Below are positions 1 through 9,074 of a stretch of 64,000 nucleotides of DNA, in pieces. Origin of the DNA: an uncultured archaeon (GTDB lineage Archaea > Asgardarchaeota > Heimdallarchaeia > Heimdallarchaeales > Heimdallarchaeaceae); the NCBI GenBank assembly GCA_964549075.1, contig CAZJUB010000006.1:8311-72310 (forward strand), given 5' to 3'. The position numbers and the translations under genes are program-made. Under the pieces are notes generated by a model. That model did not search any database and was not told the DNA's origin. It saw only the letters and a list, made by a program, of their open reading frames with translations. Within the stretch, counting starts at the first letter, position 1. The number at the start of each line of letters is the position of its first letter.

Positions 1-1
1 A

Positions 2-364
2 ATACCTAATCCTCCAAATATTCCAGAAATAGTTGTTGAAGAAAAGCAATTAGATTTCATTTTAAATGCAAACGATACTGGAGGTAGTGGTATAGAAATG
101 ATTATTCTCTCTACAGATGAAGGGAATTCGATAGAAATTTCAGAAAACGGGCAAGTTACAATGAATTTTCTTGAATATGGAATTAGAGATATTACAATCA
201 CTGTGATTGATCGTGCAGGAAATGAAATTAGTGAATCATTTTATATCAATCTTGTTATGAAAGAATTACCAGGTGATATTCCTGTGCCATTTCCATTCGG
301 AATAACAACTATCCTAGGTTTGTTTTCAGTAGCATTTTTACTTTACCTTAGAAAGAAGAAATAA
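2..364 (+). CDS. C-terminal fragment of a surface protein with a C-terminal membrane anchor (5' end lies outside the window)
   Basis: The frame of the 98..364 ORF stays open back to nt 2 (IPNPPNIPEIVVEEKQLDF...). A beta-rich body (ITITVIDRAGNEISESFYINL) is followed by PFPFG, a hydrophobic helix (ITTILGLFSVAFLLYL) and an RKKK tail, the layout of an archaeal C-terminal anchor or sorting signal. Confidence 0.5.
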   Translation: MPNPPNIPEIVVEEKQLDFILNANDTGGSGIEMIILSTDEGNSIEISENGQVTMNFLEYGIRDITITVIDRAGNEISESFYINLVMKELPGDIPVPFPFGITTILGLFSVAFLLYLRKKK

Positions 365-440
365 TCTTTCTTTCTACTTTTTATTCTCTTTTAATTATTA
401 AAAAAATAGAAATATCGCATATTCTCATGCAATATTTTTG

Positions 441-827
441 TTACGCTTTCCACGCTGTAGCAGATATCTCAATATCAACATCTTTCGGTAATCTTCTAGC
501 TTCAAAAGCAACTCTTGCTGGAGGATCTTCTACAAAATACTGTGCAAAAATCTCATTCATTTTTCCAAATTGCTCTAAATCTTTCAAATATACTCTACAA
601 CGAACAACATCGGAAAGCGAGTAATCAGCTGCTTCTAAAATTGCTTTGATATTTTCCAATACTTGTTTAGTTGCAGCTTGTATGTCATTAAATATAATCT
701 CTCCTGTTTTTGGATTGGCAGGTATTTGTCCAGCTACAAACAGAAAATTTCCTGCTTGTATCGCTTGAGAATAAGGACCGACTGGAGCTGGAGCTTTATC
801 AGTCAGAATAACTTTTTTTGATGTCAT
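441..827 (-). CDS. ridA: RidA/YjgF/TdcF-family reactive enamine/imine deaminase
   Basis: 128 aa. Family hallmarks are [32 protein letters not shown] and a C-terminal [19 protein letters not shown]. Confidence 0.9.
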   Translation of the reverse strand: MTSKKVILTDKAPAPVGPYSQAIQAGNFLFVAGQIPANPKTGEIIFNDIQAATKQVLENIKAILEAADYSLSDVVRCRVYLKDLEQFGKMNEIFAQYFVEDPPARVAFEARRLPKDVDIEISATAWKA

Positions 828-864
828 GGATTTACGATTTTTTTAAATAACATAAAGTTTTTCC

Positions 865-1752
865 TTAGGTTGTATGTGACCATATCTCAAGAATTCTAAA
901 GATTAAACCTACTCCAAAGTTGAGTGCAGTTTTGTTAGTTCTTTCATAACTAATCTCCACAAAATCAACATAATGAGATTTAGGAAGAAGGATGTTAAGA
1001 ATATCAACTATTATGCTAGGAGTCAAACCAAAAGGTTCCATGGTCGCTACTGTAGGTACAAATGCTTGATCAATAGCATCAGCATCTATACTTAAATAAA
1101 TTATCTTAAATTTCGAAACAAATTCTTTAATTTTTTCTAAACTTTTATTTTGGTTTGTTAGAATATCTTGTGTAGCAATATAATTAGTTGTCTTGTTTTT
1201 CTTGATTTTTTGATATTCACTAGATGTTATCGTGTATGCATGCCCTCCAATGAACAACAGTTGTTCCTTCTTCAATCCAAGTTTTGCTATCAAATTTGTA
1301 AAAACTGTACCATGAGATTGAAAGATACCTTGTGGATATTCATCAGCAAGATCTGCGTGAGCATCAATCCATACTAGAGCAACTTCTTTTCCCCATGGTG
1401 CATTAATCAAAGTATCATATGTGATACTATGGTCTCCTCCCAAAACAAGAAGTTTAGAGTTTGTTTTTTTAGCTTTCTCCCAAATTTGAATAATTTCTTT
1501 TCTTTGTTTTATGGGATTAAAATTTCCAAAATCATAATAATTTGCTTTCTGTTCGGTTATATTGAAATCAGATGAAATGCCACTAAATTCAATAGATTGT
1601 TTCCTGAGTGCATCAGGAGCTTTTCTAGAACCTCTTTTTGTAGCTTTAACTCTCTCAAATGGGATACCTAATAAAAAAACAGATTCTTTATCATCTATAC
1701 TTGCAATATCTTCAACAGTAAAGAAGCCTAGGAAAGTTCTTTTCATGGTCAA
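865..1752 (-). CDS. Arginase-family ureohydrolase (agmatinase-like)
   Basis: 295 aa carrying the Mn-binding motifs GGDHSITY, WIDAHADL and SIDADAID. The N-terminal GIPFE....GSRKAPDALR is typical of agmatinases. Confidence 0.85.
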   Translation of the reverse strand: MTMKRTFLGFFTVEDIASIDDKESVFLLGIPFERVKATKRGSRKAPDALRKQSIEFSGISSDFNITEQKANYYDFGNFNPIKQRKEIIQIWEKAKKTNSKLLVLGGDHSITYDTLINAPWGKEVALVWIDAHADLADEYPQGIFQSHGTVFTNLIAKLGLKKEQLLFIGGHAYTITSSEYQKIKKNKTTNYIATQDILTNQNKSLEKIKEFVSKFKIIYLSIDADAIDQAFVPTVATMEPFGLTPSIIVDILNILLPKSHYVDFVEISYERTNKTALNFGVGLIFRILEIWSHTT

Positions 1753-1789
1753 TAATTCTTTTTCAGTCTTCTATTAAATTCTTTTTGAT

Positions 1790-4303
1790 TTATTGTTCTT
1801 TAAGATAATAATCTGGAGAAGTCACATATCTCCTATCATCATCAGTTTCTCCAACTTCAATATCAGTATAGATATCTTCCATTATCTCCTCATTGCTTAT
1901 GTCAGCTAAAATCTTCCTTTTATCCACAGAGATGATTCTACTCAATTCTATAGTTTTAGGATTGAATCTTCCTATAGTTTTATTCATCTCTTCTATGTTG
2001 TTGATTTTACCAATTAAATTCATGAAAGTCATAACAATATCTGGCCTTAAAGCAACTTGTGGAGCGATACTTAGTAATTTCCCTATTGAAATTGCTAGAT
2101 TATCAATGAAATTTTGATCATTTTCAAATAATGATGCTGGTCGGTCGTTAATGAAAGAAGCTATTAGTAATAAATCTATAGAAGTCCATAAATAAAGCAT
2201 TGGTCTTTCTTTAAGCTGTAGATTATAAACCACACCAATTTCAGTACCTTTAACATTTTCAACTACTTTTCCTTCTAAATCAAAGATCTCATTTAATTCA
2301 AAAGATGTTCCACCAAAACTGACTTGAATTGAGTTACCAACAAGCTTTACATTTCCTAGAGAATAAAGAATGAACTTGGAGTTTTCCACATTATCGGGAA
2401 GTATTCCAGTATGTTTTTCTATTAAAATACGTTTTAGCATTTCAATATCCTGAATTTCCTCTTCACTTCGATTATATTCTTCTGATAATTCCTTAATGAT
2501 TTTATCCCTCTTCTCAATTGGAGTAAGTATTGATCTAAACAAATGACCTGTTTCTTCATCTTGATGCAAAATGTCATAGATTTGTTTGTATAGATTTAAC
2601 GCAATTTGACTTTTTTCTACAACAAGGAAATAACCTTTCATTGGATGGTAAATAATAGAATGTGCCTTTCCTAACTTTTGATTGAAAATATTTCGTACAT
2701 TAATTTCCTCTTCCTCTGCTATTCTAGAACTGATTAAATTGCTTTCAGTTGGATTAAAGAAAGGGAGTAATTCTCCATTTTTGATTATTTTTTGACTGTC
2801 TACTTTTATCTCTCGTGCTGTTTTTTCAATATAAGTATTGGGAACAAACAGATAATTTTCAGTTTGAGTGATAACATCTTTCAATTCTTGATTCAATGGC
2901 GATTCTATTCTTCTACAATATTCAATAGCAGCCTCAGGAACTATATAAGTAAAGGACATCTGAGGAATCGTTTTAGGTAGTTCATTCAGTAAAAACTCCT
3001 TCTTTTCTAATTCTGATTCAAGTTCTGCTTCTTTACCAGCTGGTGAAATAATATGATCAAATATACGTCTTATCATAGAAAGTGATATCTCTCTTTGCTG
3101 TTTTATGATAATTCCTGATTCATCATTGAATTGACCAGGTCCTACCACAAATCCTACTAAATCACTTTGTTCATCTACTACTGGTTTACCAGAATAACGC
3201 CAGAGAGCTCTTAACTCGGATAATAATTGATAATCAATATCTCTACTGGATGCACTGGTTGCAATAGATAATCTCTGTTTCAGCTGTTGAGAACTAATAA
3301 CCTCACTATACTTTTGAATTCTGGTTTCAATGTTTAAAGTTAAATCCTTGAAATATGGTGTTGTTATCTCTTGAAACTTTAAGTGCTCACCATAAATTTG
3401 ATCCATTGCATCAAGATCTTTTGAATAATCATTTATATCATCGTCAAGAAGTTCTTCATAAATTTCTAATTGTCTTATTCTTCTATTAATGTCGTCTTCT
3501 TGTGCGTCTGAGAGTCTTTCGTGATAGTTTTCTTTAAAAATTCTGAATTTTTCTCTTTCTTGTTGTATAATCACTTTCCATTTGAGAGTATCTTGAGCAG
3601 CTTTTTTTAGAATAGGGCGGTGTCTAATGACTCTTTCATTTATGTCATAGATGATTCCCTTTAGCTCTTTTTTATCAGTAACCATTCTCCTCAGTCTATT
3701 GATGTTTTCACTAAGTTCATTATTGAAAAGTAGGAAATTATTGTGAGTGTTTTTGTATAAATGTTCTCGGTTGACAGAAAAAAGTAATTCTGATAACTTA
3801 TAGAAGTGTTGAAATACTTTGTGTTGTTTTGCTTCAACTTCATTTTTCCTCTTCATATACTCTTGATCATCAATTTTGTTAATTACATAATCTTGCTCTA
3901 GTTCCATTTCTTCTTCAAAAGTCCTTGTAGCAGCTTTGATAGCCATATACATAACATATCGTATTTTTAATTCTTCTATCTCAACAGGAGGAATTTCGTC
4001 TAATTCTATTTCGGGGAATTTAACGTCTAGTTTGATTTCTTCTGGTTTTGTTCTAACAATTTCTCCTCTTTCAATTTCCTGAATATCTGTTTCTGCTTCC
4101 GGTAAAATCTGTTGAGTATCCTCGATAGTAACTTCTTCTTGCGAAACTAGACCTGAAGGTAATCCAGATAGAATCTCTTTATATTTATTTTTAAGAGTTT
4201 GATAGGTTCTTCTATCTATAGAACCTCTAATATATCGTAAATCAAGATCCCTGATAAACCTAAGAATCCTTCTTTTCTTTAGAGTAATATCATCGTCAGA
4301 CAT
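1790..4303 (-). CDS. Large uncharacterised protein (837 aa), coiled-coil-rich with PRC-barrel-like segments
   Basis: An uninterrupted 2.5-kb ORF in an AT-rich genome. It has a long charged helical region, plus SGKPVVDEQSDLVGFVVGPGQFNDESGIIIK and LEGKVVENVKGTEIGVVYNLQL, which resemble PRC-barrel strands. No catalytic motif was recognised. Confidence 0.6.
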   Translation of the reverse strand: MSDDDITLKKRRILRFIRDLDLRYIRGSIDRRTYQTLKNKYKEILSGLPSGLVSQEEVTIEDTQQILPEAETDIQEIERGEIVRTKPEEIKLDVKFPEIELDEIPPVEIEELKIRYVMYMAIKAATRTFEEEMELEQDYVINKIDDQEYMKRKNEVEAKQHKVFQHFYKLSELLFSVNREHLYKNTHNNFLLFNNELSENINRLRRMVTDKKELKGIIYDINERVIRHRPILKKAAQDTLKWKVIIQQEREKFRIFKENYHERLSDAQEDDINRRIRQLEIYEELLDDDINDYSKDLDAMDQIYGEHLKFQEITTPYFKDLTLNIETRIQKYSEVISSQQLKQRLSIATSASSRDIDYQLLSELRALWRYSGKPVVDEQSDLVGFVVGPGQFNDESGIIIKQQREISLSMIRRIFDHIISPAGKEAELESELEKKEFLLNELPKTIPQMSFTYIVPEAAIEYCRRIESPLNQELKDVITQTENYLFVPNTYIEKTAREIKVDSQKIIKNGELLPFFNPTESNLISSRIAEEEEINVRNIFNQKLGKAHSIIYHPMKGYFLVVEKSQIALNLYKQIYDILHQDEETGHLFRSILTPIEKRDKIIKELSEEYNRSEEEIQDIEMLKRILIEKHTGILPDNVENSKFILYSLGNVKLVGNSIQVSFGGTSFELNEIFDLEGKVVENVKGTEIGVVYNLQLKERPMLYLWTSIDLLLIASFINDRPASLFENDQNFIDNLAISIGKLLSIAPQVALRPDIVMTFMNLIGKINNIEEMNKTIGRFNPKTIELSRIISVDKRKILADISNEEIMEDIYTDIEVGETDDDRRYVTSPDYYLKEQ

Positions 4304-4430
4304 TATTAAAGTAAAATATACGTTTCATATTCAAATATGTTACTAAAATATCAATCTATAATTTCTTGGTAAAAAGCGATACCCATAAGAAAAAATATAT
4401 ATTTAATGTGTTACAAGAAAAAATAGTAAC

Positions 4431-4436
4431 GGTGAT
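4431..4436 (+). promoter_or_regulatory. Shine-Dalgarno-like GGTGAT upstream of the profilin-like gene
   Basis: GGTGAT lies 5 nt before the ATG at 4442. The same hexamer precedes the starts at 4817, 9075 and (on the minus strand) 19773. Confidence 0.45.
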
Positions 4437-4441
4437 TATTA

Positions 4442-4801
4442 ATGAGTTTTCAAGATGAGGTACAAGTGCTCGCTAATGAAGGTACAGTTGGTGTTGTTTG
4501 GCTTTTAGGTGACGATTTGAAATGTTATTATCAATATGGTGACTGGGCTGTTGATCCCACTATCCCATTTAATGCGTGGAAGAATCAAACTCCTTCGGTA
4601 GATTTTGGTGGTGGATTGAAGTTTACTGTAATCGCGATGACACCTGAGAGATTGATTTCTAGTAATCTTGGAGGTCAAGGACACCTCATAGTAGCTCGTT
4701 GTCCAAAATGGGCAGGTTGTGTAATAACCTGGTCTCCTTCAAATGTTCAAAAAGATTATGCGTATGCATGTGCAGCAAAACTAGCAGCTAGAGTAGGCTA
4801 A
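4442..4801 (+). CDS. Profilin-like protein (Asgard-type)
   Basis: 119 aa. The N-terminal MSFQDEVQVL resembles profilin MSWQxYVDxL. The C-terminal half, LKFTVIAMTPERLISSNLGGQGHLIVARCPKWAGCVITWSPSNVQKDYAYACAAKLAARV, follows the profilin beta-sheet plus C-terminal helix pattern. Confidence 0.7.
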   Translation: MSFQDEVQVLANEGTVGVVWLLGDDLKCYYQYGDWAVDPTIPFNAWKNQTPSVDFGGGLKFTVIAMTPERLISSNLGGQGHLIVARCPKWAGCVITWSPSNVQKDYAYACAAKLAARVG

Positions 4802-4816
4802 TATTCTGGTGATTTT

Positions 4817-5107
4817 TTGTCTTTCCACCTTTCTATTGAAGAAAAAGGGGAAGATGTTTTTATTACAATTAAAGCACATCCCAATTCTTCAAAGAAAGAA
4901 GTAAAACTCTCTGATTTTGATATTGATGTCTATGTTCATGAGCCTACAGATAAAGGAAAAGCTAACAAAGCAATTATTAAATTACTTTCTAAAACGCTTG
5001 ATCTTCCTTCTTCCTCTATAAGTATAGTAAAGGGTATTAAATCTCAAACAAAAATTATACTTCTAAAAGGTATTAAAACCTCCTTAATATTTGAAAAATT
5101 GGGTTGA
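4817..5107 (+). CDS. YggU/DUF167-family protein
   Basis: 96 aa with a TTG start 3 nt after GGTGAT. The pattern IKAHPNSSKKEV...VYVHEPTDKGKANKAIIKLLSKTL....ISIVKGIKSQTKII matches the DUF167 consensus (..P.dGkAN..l...L.......v.iv.G..sr.K.). Confidence 0.8.
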   Translation: MSFHLSIEEKGEDVFITIKAHPNSSKKEVKLSDFDIDVYVHEPTDKGKANKAIIKLLSKTLDLPSSSISIVKGIKSQTKIILLKGIKTSLIFEKLG

Positions 5108-5108
5108 A

Positions 5109-5675
5109 TCAGAGTTTCATTTTTTCAAAAGCTCTGATCAATTCATTTCTTTCTGTGAATTTTTGGTGTAAACTCGCACTTAGATTCATAAGGTGTGCAA
5201 TACTTGTTTCAACCGTATCGAGCATCATTTCTTCTAAATTAACTTTTATTTCTGTTATTTTGTCTTTGAATTCTTCTGAATTATCCAATATATCGATTTC
5301 TAATAGATACAAAATAGAAAGATCTATACCATGTTCTCCTTCAACATCGTCTACGTCGAAAAAAGTACTGTATTTGTAGTCAGTATTTTTAGCTTCTTTT
5401 CTCAGATCACTAATTGTTTTCGAAACAATCCCAGCTGGTCCCCAACTAGTCAGGAGTTGTGAATGTATTAGTAATTCCTGAACTTGACTCATCATGTCAC
5501 TTGTTTCTCTTAGAATATTAACTAACTTGGTTCTAAAGGCTTTATCTGTGTTCTTTCTATATTCTAGAGCTTTATAGCCTAAGTATCCTTCAATATTTGC
5601 TCTGAGAATTTTCAAAGCCTCACTTGGAGCTTCCGATAAAGCTGCATTTGATACATCTTTCTTTTTACCAAACAT
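5109..5675 (-). CDS. Uncharacterised helical protein (188 aa), last gene of the ligase operon
   Basis: The ORF starts 22 nt downstream of lig on the same strand. It is predicted all-helical and I recognised no motif. Confidence 0.5.
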   Translation of the reverse strand: MFGKKKDVSNAALSEAPSEALKILRANIEGYLGYKALEYRKNTDKAFRTKLVNILRETSDMMSQVQELLIHSQLLTSWGPAGIVSKTISDLRKEAKNTDYKYSTFFDVDDVEGEHGIDLSILYLLEIDILDNSEEFKDKITEIKVNLEEMMLDTVETSIAHLMNLSASLHQKFTERNELIRAFEKMKL

Positions 5676-5697
5676 TTGTATTCACCTTTATTTTATC

Positions 5698-7470
5698 TTA
5701 TTGATTTAAATATATTGTGCGTATTTCTTCATTTGAAGTTGCTTGTTCAGGAGGTCTGTCCTCAACTATTCTTCCCGTAAATCTTGGAAATCGAAGTGCT
5801 AAACCTTCGTTTTCATTTTCAAAGTAACCTCTAGAGCAGGTGTGCATTTGACTTCTAGTTATTTCTGCTCCACTAACCTCTATCACAATTTTAGGGTCAA
5901 ACCAGACACTACATTCAATTTTGCTTTCCACTTCTTTTGGTTTATCTCTTTCTAGCGGTTTTAGGATCTTAAGAAAGTATGCAAGGTCTTCATCAGAAAA
6001 ACCTGTTGCTACTCTTGTAAAAGTTTGGAAAACATTATCTTCTACATTAAAGCATCCTAATAAGAAAGTACCATATTTTCCGGCTCTTTTTCCCTTCCCA
6101 TAGTCAGCACCAAGGATAACTAAATCAAAAGAGTCTGATAACTTATCTACATAATCAGCTTTATATTTTACCCAATTCCAACCTCGATTTCCTGCTTGAT
6201 AAACTGAATTATCAGCTATACTTTTACCCATTACTCCTTCACAGCTGTTTTCTAAAGCTTGATGAAAGAAACTATCAATTTCATCTGTGTTTTCAGCTAT
6301 TCTTTGATGAGAGAATTTTATATTTTCAGTTTCTTTAATAATTTTATGCAAAACCTCTCTACGTTTAAGATATCCTTCATCAAGAACTGCTTTATTTTGA
6401 GCATAAAGTGCATCAAAAAGGTAAACTCGTACTGGCACTTCTGTAATTTTTTGTTCAATATCATGTTTTCTCTTTCTTTGTGATACCTGTTGAAACGGTA
6501 GAATGCGGTCATTTGTTAGATCATAAGCAACAATCTCACCTTCAATGATAAAATTCTCTTCTTCTGAAGCTGCCTTTATGAACTCAATAACGTCTGGAAA
6601 TTGATCTGTTATGTCCTCCGGTCTCCTAGAAAATAATCTTAATTTATCTCCTTGTTTGTGGATTTGAACTCTTAGTCCATCATACTTGTATTCTAAGGAA
6701 ACTTTTCCATCAAATTTTTCAAGTAATTCATTTGCACTTGATACTCTTTGTGCTAACATGACTTTTATAGGATTCATTACCTTGACATCTATCTCTCTGA
6801 CAGCTTGAACTCCTTCTCTATACAATAATTCTGAAATTGTACCTATATCGGATGTGAGATTATATGCCCTCTCCAAGATACTTTTATTTTCTCTAGTTCC
6901 AGTTTTAGCTTTGGAAAGAGCTTCAAGAAGTAATTGAACTGCAACACCTAAACGTAGTTGACTGACAACCATTCTTATAATATATCTAGCTTCAAGCGGA
7001 TTAACTTTGGATATTAATCCTGATAAGATTCTAATTTTCTTATCTGTCGAACCTTCCCCCGTAGTTTGAGCAATAGAATCTAATTTATTCCAAACATCTA
7101 GAATGGTATATTCATTAGTTTCTTTTTGTACTGTGAAAGAAAGAAGTGTTGATTGTGTTTTTCTTTCTAAAAGTGTTTGAGCAGTTTTACCTAAATCTCC
7201 CACTTCATCTAGCAGATCTGTCACACTTTTCTCATTTTTACCGGTTGAAATAGCTAAAGCTTTTATTGCCATTTTCTCAGCTAACATGAGTTCGATCCCC
7301 ACAAAATCAGGGTAGATTTTTCCTAAAGTTAATAATGCTATTTTACCTATTTCCTTCTCTGAAGCTTTAGAGAGAGTATCAGCTAAAATGTCAACCATTT
7401 CCAATTTTTTTTGTGTATCTTCCAATTTAGAATAGCAGTCACTAAGTTCTCTGAATTTCAAGTTTATCAA
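5698..7470 (-). CDS. lig: ATP-dependent DNA ligase
   Basis: 590 aa. It carries adenylation motif I (LEYKYDGLRVQIH, KxDG), downstream EGEIVA and LFDALY motifs, and an OB-fold C-terminus ending RFPRFTGRIVEDR. Confidence 0.95.
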   Translation of the reverse strand: MINLKFRELSDCYSKLEDTQKKLEMVDILADTLSKASEKEIGKIALLTLGKIYPDFVGIELMLAEKMAIKALAISTGKNEKSVTDLLDEVGDLGKTAQTLLERKTQSTLLSFTVQKETNEYTILDVWNKLDSIAQTTGEGSTDKKIRILSGLISKVNPLEARYIIRMVVSQLRLGVAVQLLLEALSKAKTGTRENKSILERAYNLTSDIGTISELLYREGVQAVREIDVKVMNPIKVMLAQRVSSANELLEKFDGKVSLEYKYDGLRVQIHKQGDKLRLFSRRPEDITDQFPDVIEFIKAASEEENFIIEGEIVAYDLTNDRILPFQQVSQRKRKHDIEQKITEVPVRVYLFDALYAQNKAVLDEGYLKRREVLHKIIKETENIKFSHQRIAENTDEIDSFFHQALENSCEGVMGKSIADNSVYQAGNRGWNWVKYKADYVDKLSDSFDLVILGADYGKGKRAGKYGTFLLGCFNVEDNVFQTFTRVATGFSDEDLAYFLKILKPLERDKPKEVESKIECSVWFDPKIVIEVSGAEITRSQMHTCSRGYFENENEGLALRFPRFTGRIVEDRPPEQATSNEEIRTIYLNQ

Positions 7471-7473
7471 GCC

Positions 7474-8883
7474 TTAGAAGATTTTTCTTTTTCCCTTTGA
7501 TTCTTTTATTTCTAAAACAATTTCACTTATTAAATGTATAAGATTTGCACTTAAAACGTCGACACTATTTTTTAGTTCTCTAATTGCTTGAATAAGATCT
7601 CCCATCATTTGTGATTGTACTGCTGAATTTACACTTGGTTCTACTTTCAAATTTTCCAATCTTTGGTCAAAAATCATAAGATCTTTTTCGAATTGATCCA
7701 TTTCTGGGGTTCTAGGTTCAGGAATAGAAGAAATATCAGCTTTTGAACGTTTCCTCTCCTCTCTCCTTTGTGCTTCCCTATCAGATTTTTCTTTCATTTT
7801 TTCTATGTATGGCAGAACTTCGGAGTAATCAATACCTTCTCTCCTTGCCATATCTGTAAGTAGAATATCTCTATATCCTCGATCTTCAATTTTTAAAGTA
7901 TCAATTTCCTTTTCTAGCTCTTGAATAATTGATATTGCTTCATAGATGTCATTTTTAGACATTTTTGGTTCAACCTCTTTAGATTCTGTACGTGTAGATT
8001 TTACTTCATCTCTCAAAGTTTTCATAGCTTTCATAACTTCAGTTTTTACTTGATCAGTTTCTCCTTTTGATAAAGCTTCTTTGACCATATCAATTTTACT
8101 TACAGACTCGTAAGGTTCTTTTTCTTGAGCCTTCTCAAATTCAGTAATTTCTTCCTCAAATTCTGTTTCTTCTTCTTCCTCCTCTTCTTCTCTAAGAGAT
8201 TCTTCTTCACCTAATGATATAGGAGGTGTACCAACATGAGTAAAGATGTTTTTTGCAAATTTGGCATTATCCTTTAAATCTAATCCTGCTTTTCTATCAG
8301 AAAGCATTAGATAAGAACCACAAACAAAAACTGTTCCCAAACCATAAGAAGTAATTGCAGCTATAGCACTACTTGGTGGATCACTAGAATTACTCGTTCT
8401 AGCTAGTTCTGAATCTCCTTCGTCAAGCTGTAAAGAACAACTTGAAACAATAACTATTTCTTTCAAACCATCTGTTATTGGATGTTCTTCGAATTTTGAG
8501 ATTACAACATTACTCTCTAATCCTAGTTCAAAATTTTCATAATCGAATATTTGGTTCGAAACAATAGACATATTGAAGTGTTTTAATAATGTATTCAGAT
8601 TTGTACTTAAACCATTATCCCCTCCTGCATTAGCAAATATGGCTAAAGCACCTCCTTCATCAACAAATCTGAGTAGAGCTTTTACCTCATGTCCATATAA
8701 TTTGCTTGAATCTGGACAGAGAAGTACAACTATGTCATAATCTGTTATACTGGTATATTTTATCGGGTATGAATCATATCTTGATATTTCATGACCTTGA
8801 TTCTCTAAAAGCTCACTTAACTTCTGAAAATTCTCATGTATTTTTCCTCTTTCTTTCTGGGTTTCGTCAAATAAAATCCTCAT
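7474..8883 (-). CDS. GIFT-domain (GldG/IFT52 N-terminal-like) protein with an acidic coiled-coil C-terminal half
   Basis: The first ~215 aa (ILFDETQKE...DIVVLLCPDSSKLYGHEVKALLRFVDEGGALAIFANAGGDNGLSTNLNTLLKHFNMSIVSNQIF...GTVFVCGSYLMLSD) parallel the GIFT domain of IFT52/GldG. An E-run (EEEEEEEETEFEEE) and charged heptad-like sequence follow. Confidence 0.6.
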   Translation of the reverse strand: MRILFDETQKERGKIHENFQKLSELLENQGHEISRYDSYPIKYTSITDYDIVVLLCPDSSKLYGHEVKALLRFVDEGGALAIFANAGGDNGLSTNLNTLLKHFNMSIVSNQIFDYENFELGLESNVVISKFEEHPITDGLKEIVIVSSCSLQLDEGDSELARTSNSSDPPSSAIAAITSYGLGTVFVCGSYLMLSDRKAGLDLKDNAKFAKNIFTHVGTPPISLGEEESLREEEEEEEETEFEEEITEFEKAQEKEPYESVSKIDMVKEALSKGETDQVKTEVMKAMKTLRDEVKSTRTESKEVEPKMSKNDIYEAISIIQELEKEIDTLKIEDRGYRDILLTDMARREGIDYSEVLPYIEKMKEKSDREAQRREERKRSKADISSIPEPRTPEMDQFEKDLMIFDQRLENLKVEPSVNSAVQSQMMGDLIQAIRELKNSVDVLSANLIHLISEIVLEIKESKGKRKIF

Positions 8884-8918
8884 ATAGACACCCTTATTCT
8901 TGCAGAAATATTTCCTTA

Positions 8919-8926
8919 TTTATATA
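8919..8926 (-). promoter_or_regulatory. Putative TATA box for the GIFT-lig operon
   Basis: The minus strand reads cTATATAAATAAgg about 40 nt upstream of the ATG at 8883. A GGGTG Shine-Dalgarno-like element sits 6-7 nt before that start. Confidence 0.4.
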
Positions 8927-9065
8927 GACAAATTATTTCTATACGTTATTAATCTTATTGATACTATTACTGAATTATACGGATTTTTAAACTAAAAGAA
9001 CTCAATAACTAAAAATAAATAATTGCAGTAAAGCATAAAAACATCTATGTTATTGTGTGTTATCC

Positions 9066-9071
9066 GGTGAT
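9066..9071 (+). promoter_or_regulatory. Shine-Dalgarno-like GGTGAT upstream of the MinD/ParA-like gene
   Basis: GGTGAT lies 3 nt before the ATG at 9075. Confidence 0.4.
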
Positions 9072-9074
9072 TGA

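Noticed and set aside
5109-5675. Calling the 188-aa protein an ESCRT-III/Snf7-like subunit because it begins MFGKKKD and is helical
   Set aside because: It lacks the basic-N/acidic-C charge asymmetry and heptad pattern of Snf7-family proteins. The resemblance is limited to the first few residues.
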